From Epithemia pelagica (Eukaryota > Protista > Bacillariophyta), in NCBI GenBank assembly GCA_946965045.2, contig OX337235.1:1488001-1552000 (forward strand): a stretch of DNA of 64,000 nt, read 5' to 3'. The notes under the pieces are model-generated. The model had not been told where the DNA came from and did no database searches. It saw nothing but the letters and a program-made list of their open reading frames with translations. The position numbers and the translations under genes are program-made. Positions within the stretch are counted from its first letter, which is position 1. Each line of letters opens with the position of its first letter. Shown here one piece after another: positions 23,162 to 32,702 of this stretch.

Positions 23162-23716
23162 ATGGAAGAAACCAACGAAGTTTTCACCGCTGTTCCTCTT
23201 TTGGCCGAACATGAGGAGAACAATCGCAGTGGAGTCACGACCAAGACTCTAAAGTCGACCGAGCACCGAACGGCTCCGTTTCTTTCGGGAAGCTTGATTG
23301 GTGTCATCTTTTCTTTGTTGGGATTTCGCATACTTCTTACGCACCAGGGAAGCGGTACCTACATGAATATCTTCCTATTTGCTTTGATCTGGAGTACCGT
23401 CACAAGCACTGTTGCCTATTTCGTTTTTGGTTCAGTATGGTCGTACCTTATGGACAAATACCGTGACATTCCTCTTCTCTATAATTCCTTTACCGACGAA
23501 GACTTTCTTGCTGATATGGAATACTACTTTGCCTTGGGGGTTTTCATTGGATTCTGTGCTGCTTGCACCGTCAGCGACATTATCTACGGACTTCCTTGGA
23601 CTGGGGTTATTCTGACCGTTTTGGTTGCATTCTTGTGGACGCTTGTCATGACTTGGTTTGCTTCACGGGGTCGCACCGAGCGAAAAGGTACCGTCTTGCC
23701 CCTTGTCATGGTCTAG
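23162..23716 (+). CDS. Membrane protein with a single copy of the ~4-TM repeat unit
   Basis: GSLIGVIF..FALIWS..MEYYFALGVFIGF..SDIIYG aligns by eye with the units of 1974-3389. Confidence 0.75.
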   Translation: MEETNEVFTAVPLLAEHEENNRSGVTTKTLKSTEHRTAPFLSGSLIGVIFSLLGFRILLTHQGSGTYMNIFLFALIWSTVTSTVAYFVFGSVWSYLMDKYRDIPLLYNSFTDEDFLADMEYYFALGVFIGFCAACTVSDIIYGLPWTGVILTVLVAFLWTLVMTWFASRGRTERKGTVLPLVMV

Positions 23717-24410
23717 AAAGAGAGTGCCCAATGCATCATTGAGGCGGCTGCATATTCATTCCGCTCATGGCAAAAAACTATCACACGACCAGTCACCAAT
23801 CAGTCAATGACCTTTGCATAGAATCGAAGCTATGGATTGGTTTTGGACTACCGGTGCGGGATTCGTTGCCATTTTGTTATATTCTCATGTAACTACGTAT
23901 AGACATCTTATTATCCACGAACTCCTATTTCTCTTTCCATCTTCCCGCAAGTCGTTAGGTTGAAACCTCATAGATGCCATCTGTCCATGGAGCAAGAACC
24001 GAAAAACCACTGTTTAATTTGCTTGCGGAAGAGATACCTTGACCATCTCTTGTTACCAAAACCTTTCCCCAGAAAATTTGGTTTTGTTCCATACGCCTCT
24101 GTCGTTGCAATTCTCGAGCGGCGCATTTGTGAGAGTACAACCTACCGATGACGACTTCCCTCAGCTGATCTATATTGTTCTCCTTCCAACGCCCAGCCAG
24201 TCTCTCAACAGGCCTGGAGATTTGAGATTAAAATCATTCTCCCCGAATAATGGTGCTAGCTCGGGGAGAACCTGCCAGTCTAAACAAGAGAACAGCAACA
24301 AACAAGACAGCTGCAAGACCTTCCCGAGGATGGTCGGTTAATCCGAAATGCTGTAAATGTTGGATGACGGATGTCTGAACTTGTCTCTATTACATCTAGG
24401 ATTCTGAACT

Positions 24411-24614
24411 TTACCAGTCCTGATCGAGCGAGGCGTGGCGATGGCGCTGGCACTGCACTGAGCGGGCGCGCCGCACAGGCGTGGGCGCGATCTCCCCCAA
24501 GATGTGAAGAGCAAGGAGAGGAAGAGCTCACAATCTTTGGTTTGTGCAGAGTCCCAAGCCATCACACACAGAGACTTGTAAGCGAGTCTCTAGCGTAGTC
24601 ATCTCTAACAAAAA
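24411..24614 (+). repeat. Split direct repeat A1 (204 bp)
   Basis: Identical by eye to 32321-32524. Confidence 0.95.
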
Positions 24615-24660
24615 GATCGATTGTTCCCTTATCTTTGCTGCCGCCTTACGACTATCAACT

Positions 24661-27633
24661 ATGACGTTCAACGAAAACCCTTTCCATATCTCCGATGATC
24701 CCGTTACCCGCCGTTCGGATTCTGACGGGCTGAATCTCCTCGCTGATGTGATTGACAACGGAGATCCCATTCCCGGAGTCTCATCCAAACCCCCTTCGAG
24801 CGATACCGCGGACGATAACCCTTCTTCTAAGAAGAAGAAAAAGAAGACAATCCTGAAGAATCCACCTTCGTCTCCGAAGTCACCCCCGAAGATCCCTTTG
24901 ATTAGCCAGACTGAAACTAAGGAAGGTTTCCCGCCCAGCAATGCTGCGGGACTGATTCCCACTCTCTCTGAGACCCTTCCTGGTACCCCCAAGCATGCTT
25001 CTTCGAAGAGGACCTCCAAGAACTTGACCGATGAGACTCAGGATCCTGTTGACTCCCCTGATACCAAGAAGGATTCTAGTAGCCGGATCTTTGAGACTCC
25101 CAAGCAATTCTACGCTCGAATGGCGCGCGTTCTTCCACGCAAGGAATGTCCCAAGGTAGATTTGTATCTGCACCCTTTCCCTTTAGATGCTGCAATCTTG
25201 GACAAGTTCTCCAACATTGACTGTGACGCCTGGTCTGACTCCTTTTGCGATGGTTTCCATTTGTCTATCGAGAGTGATCCCGCCTGCTGGACTTCGTTAG
25301 TTGCAAAGTTTGACCAAGTGAAGAACCTTACCGACTTTCAGTCCTTCCTCGAAATCCATTCGAAACGTCACCCACTTGCGTTTCTTGGCTTCGACCGGAA
25401 GAAGAACCCGATGGTGATCCATAACGTCTTTGTCTCACCAGATTCTGGTTCTGTTTTGGCACCAGAACCCGTGTTCCTATGTTTTACCAAAGACTCTCTC
25501 GATGTCCCACCTGGAACATTCGATTCTGAAGAACTTACTTCGATCCTCAAGAGCCTTGATTACTCACGTGTACCGACCTTCGACGAGATCCTCTCAGGCT
25601 GTCTCACGAAAGACCAAGATTCACTGGCCGGTCTCTCATTGAAAGCTTCCACGTTTTCAGACTTCGCCCCTTATCTGAGTTACCCTGAAATCTTTTCAGA
25701 CAAACCCGAAGATGTTCAATATCGGAAAGATCATGCATTCGAATGCAAAAGCATCGTTCTTCTCCCACCATCGATCGCGGGAGATATTATTCGCCTCATC
25801 GATCCGGATTGTCATTTCCCCAAGAAAGGCCCTAATGCTGGTAGTCCCAAGTCCTCGCCACCCAGCATCCCCGAGTTGGTTGAATTCATATTCTCAAAGA
25901 TACTCTCGCGATGGCGACGATCATTTGAGAACCCGATTGGTAAACCTTCCACCTCCAAGTTCGATTCGAATGATCCCCACTGCATTCGCTTTTCAGATAC
26001 TATTCGATTCCTTTGGGGAGTACACCGCGGGAAGATTATTGTTGATGATTTGTTCCTGGATCATCCTTCCAATTATGGATCGGCGATGACAGCAGTGGAA
26101 TTCTATTTCAAAACTTCCCTTCCAGACCGGTCTACCCCTATGTATGCAACGAGTCGTGGCCCTCGTCCTCCTGCCGCAGAGCGTTCTGGGAACTTCTCTC
26201 CGTCGAAGTCACGTCGTTCCCAAGACCCGTTGATTGTTGAGAATGATTCTATGCCTTCTCCACCAGTTTCCAAAGACGTTTTATACCTTACGACACAAAT
26301 GACGAAGTCGATGTCAGAGCAATTCTCCAAAACAATTTCCGACCAACGCGATCAACTTTCGCAGGCGATTACTCAACAGAGTAACATCCTCAAGTCTCAG
26401 GAAGAACGGCACGATCACTTCAAAACCTTCACCATTGACACCAGGAATGCCATTATCCTGGGACAAGTTGGACCTCATTCCACGTGCCTTCCGACGACCC
26501 CATCGGAAAAGGCGAAGGAAATTTTCAAACAGAAAAACACCCATAACTTGTACACCACGATACATTCACAAATCTTTCGACGTGCTGACAATACCTGCTT
26601 CCTGATTTTCGGGCAAGTGGGAGTGATCCAGAAATATGGGCTGAAATGGCGCTCCGATGAACATCCTGGAGGCTTCTCCCCCTTTTCCTTCGATCCGAAC
26701 AATCACTCGGGCGCATCAAACCATCAAGCTCTCGACCACGATATCCATCAAGACATATTCGAATCCTCATTGCGCCACTCGAACGGATTATCCACCAAAG
26801 ATATGAAAGATATCTTCACTGACGACAAGCTGTTTTTCCCACTGACCTTAGACCATTATGGAACTCAGCTCAACAGTTACCTTTGTTTCGCTCAAGCGAT
26901 TTGGGGAGAAGATTCGTTCATTGTGCTGAACATTCGCAAGATGTATACTCATCTTTCTCGTCACCGTCGAGTATACTTGGCGAACCAAGCTGATGATAGT
27001 ACCTTCTTTTCGCGGCTTCTGTTCTCTCTTGACAACAGTATTCAAAACTTTATAACCGACAACTTGGAAGATGCGACCTGCCTTGAGGACATCTCTGGAG
27101 AAGCCTTGGACTATCACACCAACAAATTATGCAATAAGGTTATCTCAAAAGAAGATATCTGTCGCATGCCTCGGTTCCTTCTTTCGGCTGTTCAAACAAA
27201 ACACAGGAACGAGAACAACCCGAATTATAAAGGAGGCTCAAACTCGAACAACAAACGCAATGCAGATAGCAAATTGCCAGGAGCACCCCCAGGTGCCTTA
27301 CGATCCAAGCGGGGGCGTACTCACGAGAGTCCGTCAAACGACACGAACCATGCACCCCCAGTCCGACCGAGCTTCGACTTCCCTTCTGCTTGGAAAATCC
27401 CCTCCGACATTCGTTATGGGAAAGCATTTCCTCGAACTGTCCTCAACGACGTGCCCTCTTTGACAGTCGAAGGATCTTCCAAACAATTTTGCGTCAAGTT
27501 CTTTGCCTTGCAAGCTTGCCGCAACGGAGACAAGTGCTATTTTAGTCATGCCGACCCGGCCCAACATGACAAAACAGACGCCTTAAATGCTTTCTTTGAA
27601 AAGGCCTACGACAGAGCGCGTCGGAACACGTGA
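24661..27633 (+). CDS. Retroelement ORF1 (gag-like) with a C-terminal CCCH zinc finger
   Basis: First ORF of the element. FCVKFFALQACRNGDKCYFSH fits C-x8-C-x5-C-x3-H. Confidence 0.8.
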   Translation: MTFNENPFHISDDPVTRRSDSDGLNLLADVIDNGDPIPGVSSKPPSSDTADDNPSSKKKKKKTILKNPPSSPKSPPKIPLISQTETKEGFPPSNAAGLIPTLSETLPGTPKHASSKRTSKNLTDETQDPVDSPDTKKDSSSRIFETPKQFYARMARVLPRKECPKVDLYLHPFPLDAAILDKFSNIDCDAWSDSFCDGFHLSIESDPACWTSLVAKFDQVKNLTDFQSFLEIHSKRHPLAFLGFDRKKNPMVIHNVFVSPDSGSVLAPEPVFLCFTKDSLDVPPGTFDSEELTSILKSLDYSRVPTFDEILSGCLTKDQDSLAGLSLKASTFSDFAPYLSYPEIFSDKPEDVQYRKDHAFECKSIVLLPPSIAGDIIRLIDPDCHFPKKGPNAGSPKSSPPSIPELVEFIFSKILSRWRRSFENPIGKPSTSKFDSNDPHCIRFSDTIRFLWGVHRGKIIVDDLFLDHPSNYGSAMTAVEFYFKTSLPDRSTPMYATSRGPRPPAAERSGNFSPSKSRRSQDPLIVENDSMPSPPVSKDVLYLTTQMTKSMSEQFSKTISDQRDQLSQAITQQSNILKSQEERHDHFKTFTIDTRNAIILGQVGPHSTCLPTTPSEKAKEIFKQKNTHNLYTTIHSQIFRRADNTCFLIFGQVGVIQKYGLKWRSDEHPGGFSPFSFDPNNHSGASNHQALDHDIHQDIFESSLRHSNGLSTKDMKDIFTDDKLFFPLTLDHYGTQLNSYLCFAQAIWGEDSFIVLNIRKMYTHLSRHRRVYLANQADDSTFFSRLLFSLDNSIQNFITDNLEDATCLEDISGEALDYHTNKLCNKVISKEDICRMPRFLLSAVQTKHRNENNPNYKGGSNSNNKRNADSKLPGAPPGALRSKRGRTHESPSNDTNHAPPVRPSFDFPSAWKIPSDIRYGKAFPRTVLNDVPSLTVEGSSKQFCVKFFALQACRNGDKCYFSHADPAQHDKTDALNAFFEKAYDRARRNT

Positions 27634-27927
27634 CTGATTGTTGAGTCTTCGGTCTCTCCAACGTTACCCGTACCCCCACCTTCACTTCCATCTTCACGTT
27701 TCCTGACCGTTGACTCTACCAATCCGATTCCAAGTCCCCTGGACCCTTCACACGCATACCTCGCAACCATTCCACAACAACCCCTACTGCGGCCACCCAG
27801 TACGGATGACTTACTTCGACCATGTGATCAGAAGGATCTCCCACCAACACCCCCTTCCACGATCCATCAACCTCCCACTTCATCCAATCCATTCCTGGAT
27901 CATAGCGAACATCCACACCAACCAAAT

Positions 27928-30900
27928 ATGAAAACGAGGCAAATCTCCTTTTCTTCTCACACCAAACTATACCCATTCTCTCCCTCTTCGGCGCCTTGTG
28001 ACCATATTCACAACGCAGGCCCTGTTGAAGTAGATATGAAAGTTGAGCCTGACCACGACGATTCCACCCAACTTTCACAGCCAAACAAGACCATCCTGAA
28101 CTCCGTCCGCCGAGCCGCCGACGAATCTAGTCTTCCTCCCAAAATTCTTACGAGGAAACCTCCAGACCCCAAAACCAAGAAGCCATCTCATCACCCAGCC
28201 TTACCGGGACATGTGCAACCAGACATCTCCTCCAATACTCTAGGTAAACCGCTGGAAAGGAACATGCGACGATTGCATGAGTCCTTGCTCGAGAATCAAA
28301 AACTTCTTGGTAAGTCAAATCTATCACCCCCGAGTAATCGAAACTACCTGCCGAACGACGTGAGCAGGTTGTTTCCCTCCAAGATCTCGATCCCCACGCT
28401 CCCACCACCCAAGTACCCGATGTCCCTCAAGACTATCCTCGATATATATAACACCGTGACGCCGACTCCATGTGCTTCGCCCTTCATTCATGAACGGTCC
28501 ACTGAAGCCGCTGAAAAGAACTCCGAACTGATCGCTAACTTCGACTTCGACTTACAGAAAACCTTCAACGCTTTCCCCCACTCCACCATCAGTCCAGGAT
28601 CGGAATTCCGTCAGGCCGAAGTATTGGAACCTCTACTTCGCTTCCATCCATTCTGGCCAAAGATCGCACGAGAACTCCGCGATGGAGCAACGTACACTTT
28701 CAAGAATCCAAAACCATCCGACGAAACGCGCCGAGCTGAGAACGAAGCCTTGATCACTTACGGAAATCATAGTTCCGCGAAGAAACGCCCAGAAGCCTTG
28801 ATTAAAGTGTCCCAAAAAGACACTATCCATGGTTGGGCATTCCCGATTACGTTCGACTGCGCTCGACGTATTCGACACGGACGATTCGGACCCCTCGGAG
28901 TGGCTCAACACGCGGGCATCACGGAGAAGGGCGAAATAGTGATGAAAGATCGGCTAGCCCACGATCAGACATTCTCAACTGGGATCGCACCTTCACTGAA
29001 CCAAGCAGTAGATGATTCAGACGACATCGAACTAGTATACGGATGGTGCATTGAGCGACTCATCCATCAGATCATTGCCCTCCGACTCGAATTCCCGGAT
29101 ATGAAGATATTTGTTTGTAAATTCGATTGGGGCGCAGCCTATCGCCAAATCAATGGCGACGGACTTCTTGCGGCCAACGCCCTGACGACCGACGCGTCGG
29201 GGGACTTCGCCAATGTACTGACCCGTCTCTCCTTCGGAGGCAAAACACACCCCGCCATGTTCAGCCTCTACTCCGAAGCGGCATGCGACGTGTGCAACGA
29301 CCTAACAGAGTTTACCGAATGGGACCACACCGTATGTTCCTCCCCCCTGCAGAAACTGATGGGACCACCGAACCGACTGCCCGAGGACATCCCCTTCGCC
29401 CAAGGCAGACCCCTCATAGTCGATGTCCCAGCGCGACCAAAAGGCTCAACCGACGTCTACCTTGATGACATGATTCAGCTGTTTCTCGACCGTGAGGACA
29501 TTGTGGCAAGAGCGTCCGCGGTCGTCCCACTCGTACTACACTTGCTCATTCGTCCCACCCATCCGACGGAAGAACCGATCAAACGAACAGACATACTAGC
29601 CGAGGACAAAATGCTAGCAGAGGGCAGCCCCAGCGAGGTGATGAGAGTCCTCGGCTGGGAGCTTGATACACGCCGACTGCTCCTGATCCTACCCGAAGAT
29701 AAATTCTTGAACTGGACAAAGTCGGTCCGACGACTGGCTGACCCCGACACTCGAAAGGCGACATTCCAGGAGCTCGAGTCCACACTAGGCAAGCTCATTC
29801 ACTCCAGTAAAGGGATCCCCACATCACGCTTCTTCCTCCAACGCACACGCGCATACATCGAAGGCTTGATTGTTGCGTACGATGCAAAACAGAAAGCAAA
29901 ACAGTCAGACGGCAACGAATCCGACACGAGTGCTACATCAGCTGAGAGCGGCACTTACTTGGACACGAGAAAAGACTCAAGGCAGCGTCCGAGGCCATGG
30001 TTCCGCTACCCCATCCCACAATACGTCAAGGAAGATATGCACGTGTGGATAGACTTGCTCAAGCACGCCCACGATGGCGTGAACTTAAACTTACTCACGT
30101 GCCGAGTACCAACCAACGTCTTAATCGCCGACGCGTGCCCCTTTGGAATGGGCGGATACAGTCTCAAATCGGGTAGAGCATGGCAAATACCATTGGATCC
30201 TGACATTTACGAACTCGCAGGGAACGCCAAGGACATGGACATCGACCCAACACTGGCACCACAGAATAACCTCAAGGTGTCGAACAATTTGTTTGAGTTC
30301 ATCGCCCAAGCCGTCACCATATGGCTCGAGAGCGCAAATGAAGATATCGAGGAACTGGGATCAGTGCTGTGCATGTCCGACAATAGCTCGGCCATTGGGT
30401 GGATGCACAAGAGCTCATTCGCAGTCAATCAACCACTCCACCGAAGAGTGACCGAGCTGTTAGTGAACCTATCTTTAACCGAACAGTTTACGATCCACGC
30501 GGAGCACGTACCGGGAAAGAAAAACATCGTGGCCGACTACCTCTCACGTAACTTTGACAACGACGCAGACGGCACTACTCACACCATACATCGCTTGTTT
30601 GCATCGCAGATACCCAGGAATTTTCAAGTCTTCCAGTTGCCACACGAAATCGTCTCCTGGATCTCCTCGGTCGCTCCGCTGCGACCCGCATCTTCTTTGG
30701 AAAAGTGGAATCAAGCCACGAATCCGGAGACAGGACATGGCGACGATGGACGGACCACCTTAGATTCCTCCGACTCGACACCGACCCCTTTTTGGACAAG
30801 GTCCAAACCATCCAAGGACGACTCACAATCGTGGCAACATTCCTCCAACGACTCCGCGACGGCGATTGGGATCGACGCACAAGTCACGGACCTCTTCGTG

Positions 30901-31425
30901 CAACGACTGTCGAGAAAACCCTTGGCGAGCTGGCGGCGGCTTTCCGGCGTAACAACAGGGCAAGCCCCGCCCACCTCCAAGGTAGCAACAATTTCCACCC
31001 TCTTATCGCATCCCTTAAGAAGGGATGGAAGAACCTGGACCCACCGGAGAAAAGGGAAAAGGCAGTCACAGCGAACCACCTCCGGCACCTTTGGCGAATT
31101 GCGTGCACCCCCATTCCACAGGACGCCACCAACACCACCTCGATTCCGACGGAGACCGACAAAACCAGAACGCGATCGGAGACCACACGACCGAGAGGAG
31201 ACAACGACTTCGAAACCTCCTCATTCAGGGCTTGCAACGCCGACATCCTCTGTGGAGGATACTTCTACGCAACGAGGAGTTGCGAAGTATCCACCGTCAA
31301 ACAGCGAGGAAAAACGAAACTCCTCACCATCGCGAACATCTCGTTCAGCAGGAGAGACACATCCAGATCACGGATCGACGCCCGAGACAAAAACTTCTAC
31401 ACCGAAGCCCACTACGTGTCGGTAA
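27928..31425 (+). CDS. Retroelement pol: reverse transcriptase plus RNase H (frame is open from 27634)
   Basis: RT motifs KFDWGAAYRQI, RLSFGG and YLDD. RNase H motifs ADACPFGMGGY, FEFIA, SDNSSAIGW and HVPGKKNIVADYLSR. Confidence 0.93.
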   Translation: MKTRQISFSSHTKLYPFSPSSAPCDHIHNAGPVEVDMKVEPDHDDSTQLSQPNKTILNSVRRAADESSLPPKILTRKPPDPKTKKPSHHPALPGHVQPDISSNTLGKPLERNMRRLHESLLENQKLLGKSNLSPPSNRNYLPNDVSRLFPSKISIPTLPPPKYPMSLKTILDIYNTVTPTPCASPFIHERSTEAAEKNSELIANFDFDLQKTFNAFPHSTISPGSEFRQAEVLEPLLRFHPFWPKIARELRDGATYTFKNPKPSDETRRAENEALITYGNHSSAKKRPEALIKVSQKDTIHGWAFPITFDCARRIRHGRFGPLGVAQHAGITEKGEIVMKDRLAHDQTFSTGIAPSLNQAVDDSDDIELVYGWCIERLIHQIIALRLEFPDMKIFVCKFDWGAAYRQINGDGLLAANALTTDASGDFANVLTRLSFGGKTHPAMFSLYSEAACDVCNDLTEFTEWDHTVCSSPLQKLMGPPNRLPEDIPFAQGRPLIVDVPARPKGSTDVYLDDMIQLFLDREDIVARASAVVPLVLHLLIRPTHPTEEPIKRTDILAEDKMLAEGSPSEVMRVLGWELDTRRLLLILPEDKFLNWTKSVRRLADPDTRKATFQELESTLGKLIHSSKGIPTSRFFLQRTRAYIEGLIVAYDAKQKAKQSDGNESDTSATSAESGTYLDTRKDSRQRPRPWFRYPIPQYVKEDMHVWIDLLKHAHDGVNLNLLTCRVPTNVLIADACPFGMGGYSLKSGRAWQIPLDPDIYELAGNAKDMDIDPTLAPQNNLKVSNNLFEFIAQAVTIWLESANEDIEELGSVLCMSDNSSAIGWMHKSSFAVNQPLHRRVTELLVNLSLTEQFTIHAEHVPGKKNIVADYLSRNFDNDADGTTHTIHRLFASQIPRNFQVFQLPHEIVSWISSVAPLRPASSLEKWNQATNPETGHGDDGRTTLDSSDSTPTPFWTRSKPSKDDSQSWQHSSNDSATAIGIDAQVTDLFVQRLSRKPLASWRRLSGVTTGQAPPTSKVATISTLLSHPLRRDGRTWTHRRKGKRQSQRTTSGTFGELRAPPFHRTPPTPPRFRRRPTKPERDRRPHDREETTTSKPPHSGLATPTSSVEDTSTQRGVAKYPPSNSEEKRNSSPSRTSRSAGETHPDHGSTPETKTSTPKPTTCR

Positions 31426-32090
31426 CATTCATCTCGCAGAAACACGATGTACCCCACGAGACACGAACACAATCAAGGACAACCGACCCAATTCTTTGCC
31501 CCGTCAAGATATGGGGACGAATCATTCGACGACTTTATTTCAACTGCCCCGATGCGCCACCAGACACGCCGGTGAATTGTTGGTTCCCTCCACCAGCACC
31601 CAATGACCCAAATCCGAGACCAAGATTCATCCGCGCCGAAGATAGCCTGCAACTTCTACGCGAAACTTGTGTCGATCCAAAGACAGGACGACGACTCTTT
31701 GGATACCAGCCGAGCGAAATCGGCACCCACTCGATACGTTCTGGAGCAGCCATGGCCTTGTTCCTCTCTCCTGGCATATCGGTCCTTCGAATCATGATTC
31801 TTGGAAGGTGGCAATCAGCCGCTTTCATGAACTATATCCGACCCCAAGTCATGGAATGGACAGCGGGGATGTCCATCGCCATGCTCTCCACCCCTGACTT
31901 CACCCACGCCGACCCCACAACTGCCCCGACGTCCAAACCAAACCTCCCCAACCGCTCCAAAATGACCTTCAACGATGTCGAGACGATCCAAAACAACATT
32001 GAGAGCGCAATCGAGTCTCCAGAGGAGCTGAAATTCAATGGCTCAGTGGCGACAGCTTCCTTCGACCGTCAACTCAATCTCGAATTCTAA
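30705..32090 (+). CDS. Tyrosine recombinase of the element, overlapping pol in the -1 frame; start codon unresolved
   Basis: Catalytic set YATRSCE (R), SQKH (K), THSIRSG (HxxR), GRW and MNYIR (Y). Frame open from 30552; first ATG only at 31752. Confidence 0.9.
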   Translation: MESSHESGDRTWRRWTDHLRFLRLDTDPFLDKVQTIQGRLTIVATFLQRLRDGDWDRRTSHGPLRATTVEKTLGELAAAFRRNNRASPAHLQGSNNFHPLIASLKKGWKNLDPPEKREKAVTANHLRHLWRIACTPIPQDATNTTSIPTETDKTRTRSETTRPRGDNDFETSSFRACNADILCGGYFYATRSCEVSTVKQRGKTKLLTIANISFSRRDTSRSRIDARDKNFYTEAHYVSVTFISQKHDVPHETRTQSRTTDPILCPVKIWGRIIRRLYFNCPDAPPDTPVNCWFPPPAPNDPNPRPRFIRAEDSLQLLRETCVDPKTGRRLFGYQPSEIGTHSIRSGAAMALFLSPGISVLRIMILGRWQSAAFMNYIRPQVMEWTAGMSIAMLSTPDFTHADPTTAPTSKPNLPNRSKMTFNDVETIQNNIESAIESPEELKFNGSVATASFDRQLNLEF

Positions 32091-32159
32091 AGACGATTCA
32101 AAAGATCCAGTTCTGACGCCCCAACGATTTCGATCAGTCGCCCATCAAGTTCAATGGTG

Positions 32160-32320
32160 TTGGGAGCCATCTCGGTTTCCCTCTGGGCCTTTACGGCAAC
32201 TTGCGACTACTCCTATCCCTACAGTCCGTAGCAAGTTCCGACAGAAGATGAGAACGAGAAGAAGACACGCGCACAAGTACAACGAGCTGTCAGGATGGGT
32301 TCGTTGGGTTCCACCCATCG
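32160..32320 (+). repeat. Split direct repeat B1 (161 bp)
   Basis: Identical by eye to 32542-32702. Confidence 0.95.
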
Positions 32321-32524
32321 TTACCAGTCCTGATCGAGCGAGGCGTGGCGATGGCGCTGGCACTGCACTGAGCGGGCGCGCCGCACAGGCGTGGGCGCGA
32401 TCTCCCCCAAGATGTGAAGAGCAAGGAGAGGAAGAGCTCACAATCTTTGGTTTGTGCAGAGTCCCAAGCCATCACACACAGAGACTTGTAAGCGAGTCTC
32501 TAGCGTAGTCATCTCTAACAAAAA
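32321..32524 (+). repeat. Split direct repeat A2
   Basis: Copy of 24411-24614, directly abutting B1. Confidence 0.95.
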
Positions 32525-32541
32525 TAACCCCCTACCCGCCC

Positions 32542-32702
32542 TTGGGAGCCATCTCGGTTTCCCTCTGGGCCTTTACGGCAACTTGCGACTACTCCTATCC
32601 CTACAGTCCGTAGCAAGTTCCGACAGAAGATGAGAACGAGAAGAAGACACGCGCACAAGTACAACGAGCTGTCAGGATGGGTTCGTTGGGTTCCACCCAT
32701 CG
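32542..32702 (+). repeat. Split direct repeat B2 (right end of the element)
   Basis: Copy of 32160-32320. Confidence 0.95.

Larger units (their letters stand above)
24411..32702 (+). mobile_element. Tyrosine-recombinase (DIRS-order) retrotransposon with split direct repeats, Ngaro/PAT-like
   Basis: Layout is A1(24411-24614), ORF1, RT/RNaseH, YR, B1(32160-32320), A2(32321-32524), 17-bp spacer, B2(32542-32702). No integrase and no target-site duplication were seen. Confidence 0.93.

Noticed and set aside
24237-24270. 10-bp perfect inverted repeat (ttctccccga / tcggggagaa) 140 bp left of the retroelement
   Set aside because: It lies outside the A1 boundary and has no counterpart at the right end; probably chance.
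30560-31425. Possible DNA N6-adenine methyltransferase domain after RNase H, as in DIRS1-like elements
   Set aside because: No methyltransferase motifs were seen. The region is low-complexity and explained by the overlapping YR frame.
32525-32541. taaccc telomere-like word in the A2-B2 spacer
   Set aside because: A single hexamer, not an array.
32160-32702. Repeat cluster resembling an LTR pair or a CRISPR array
   Set aside because: The repeats are two long split pairs (A and B), with no spacer array, no TG..CA ends, no primer-binding site and no integrase.
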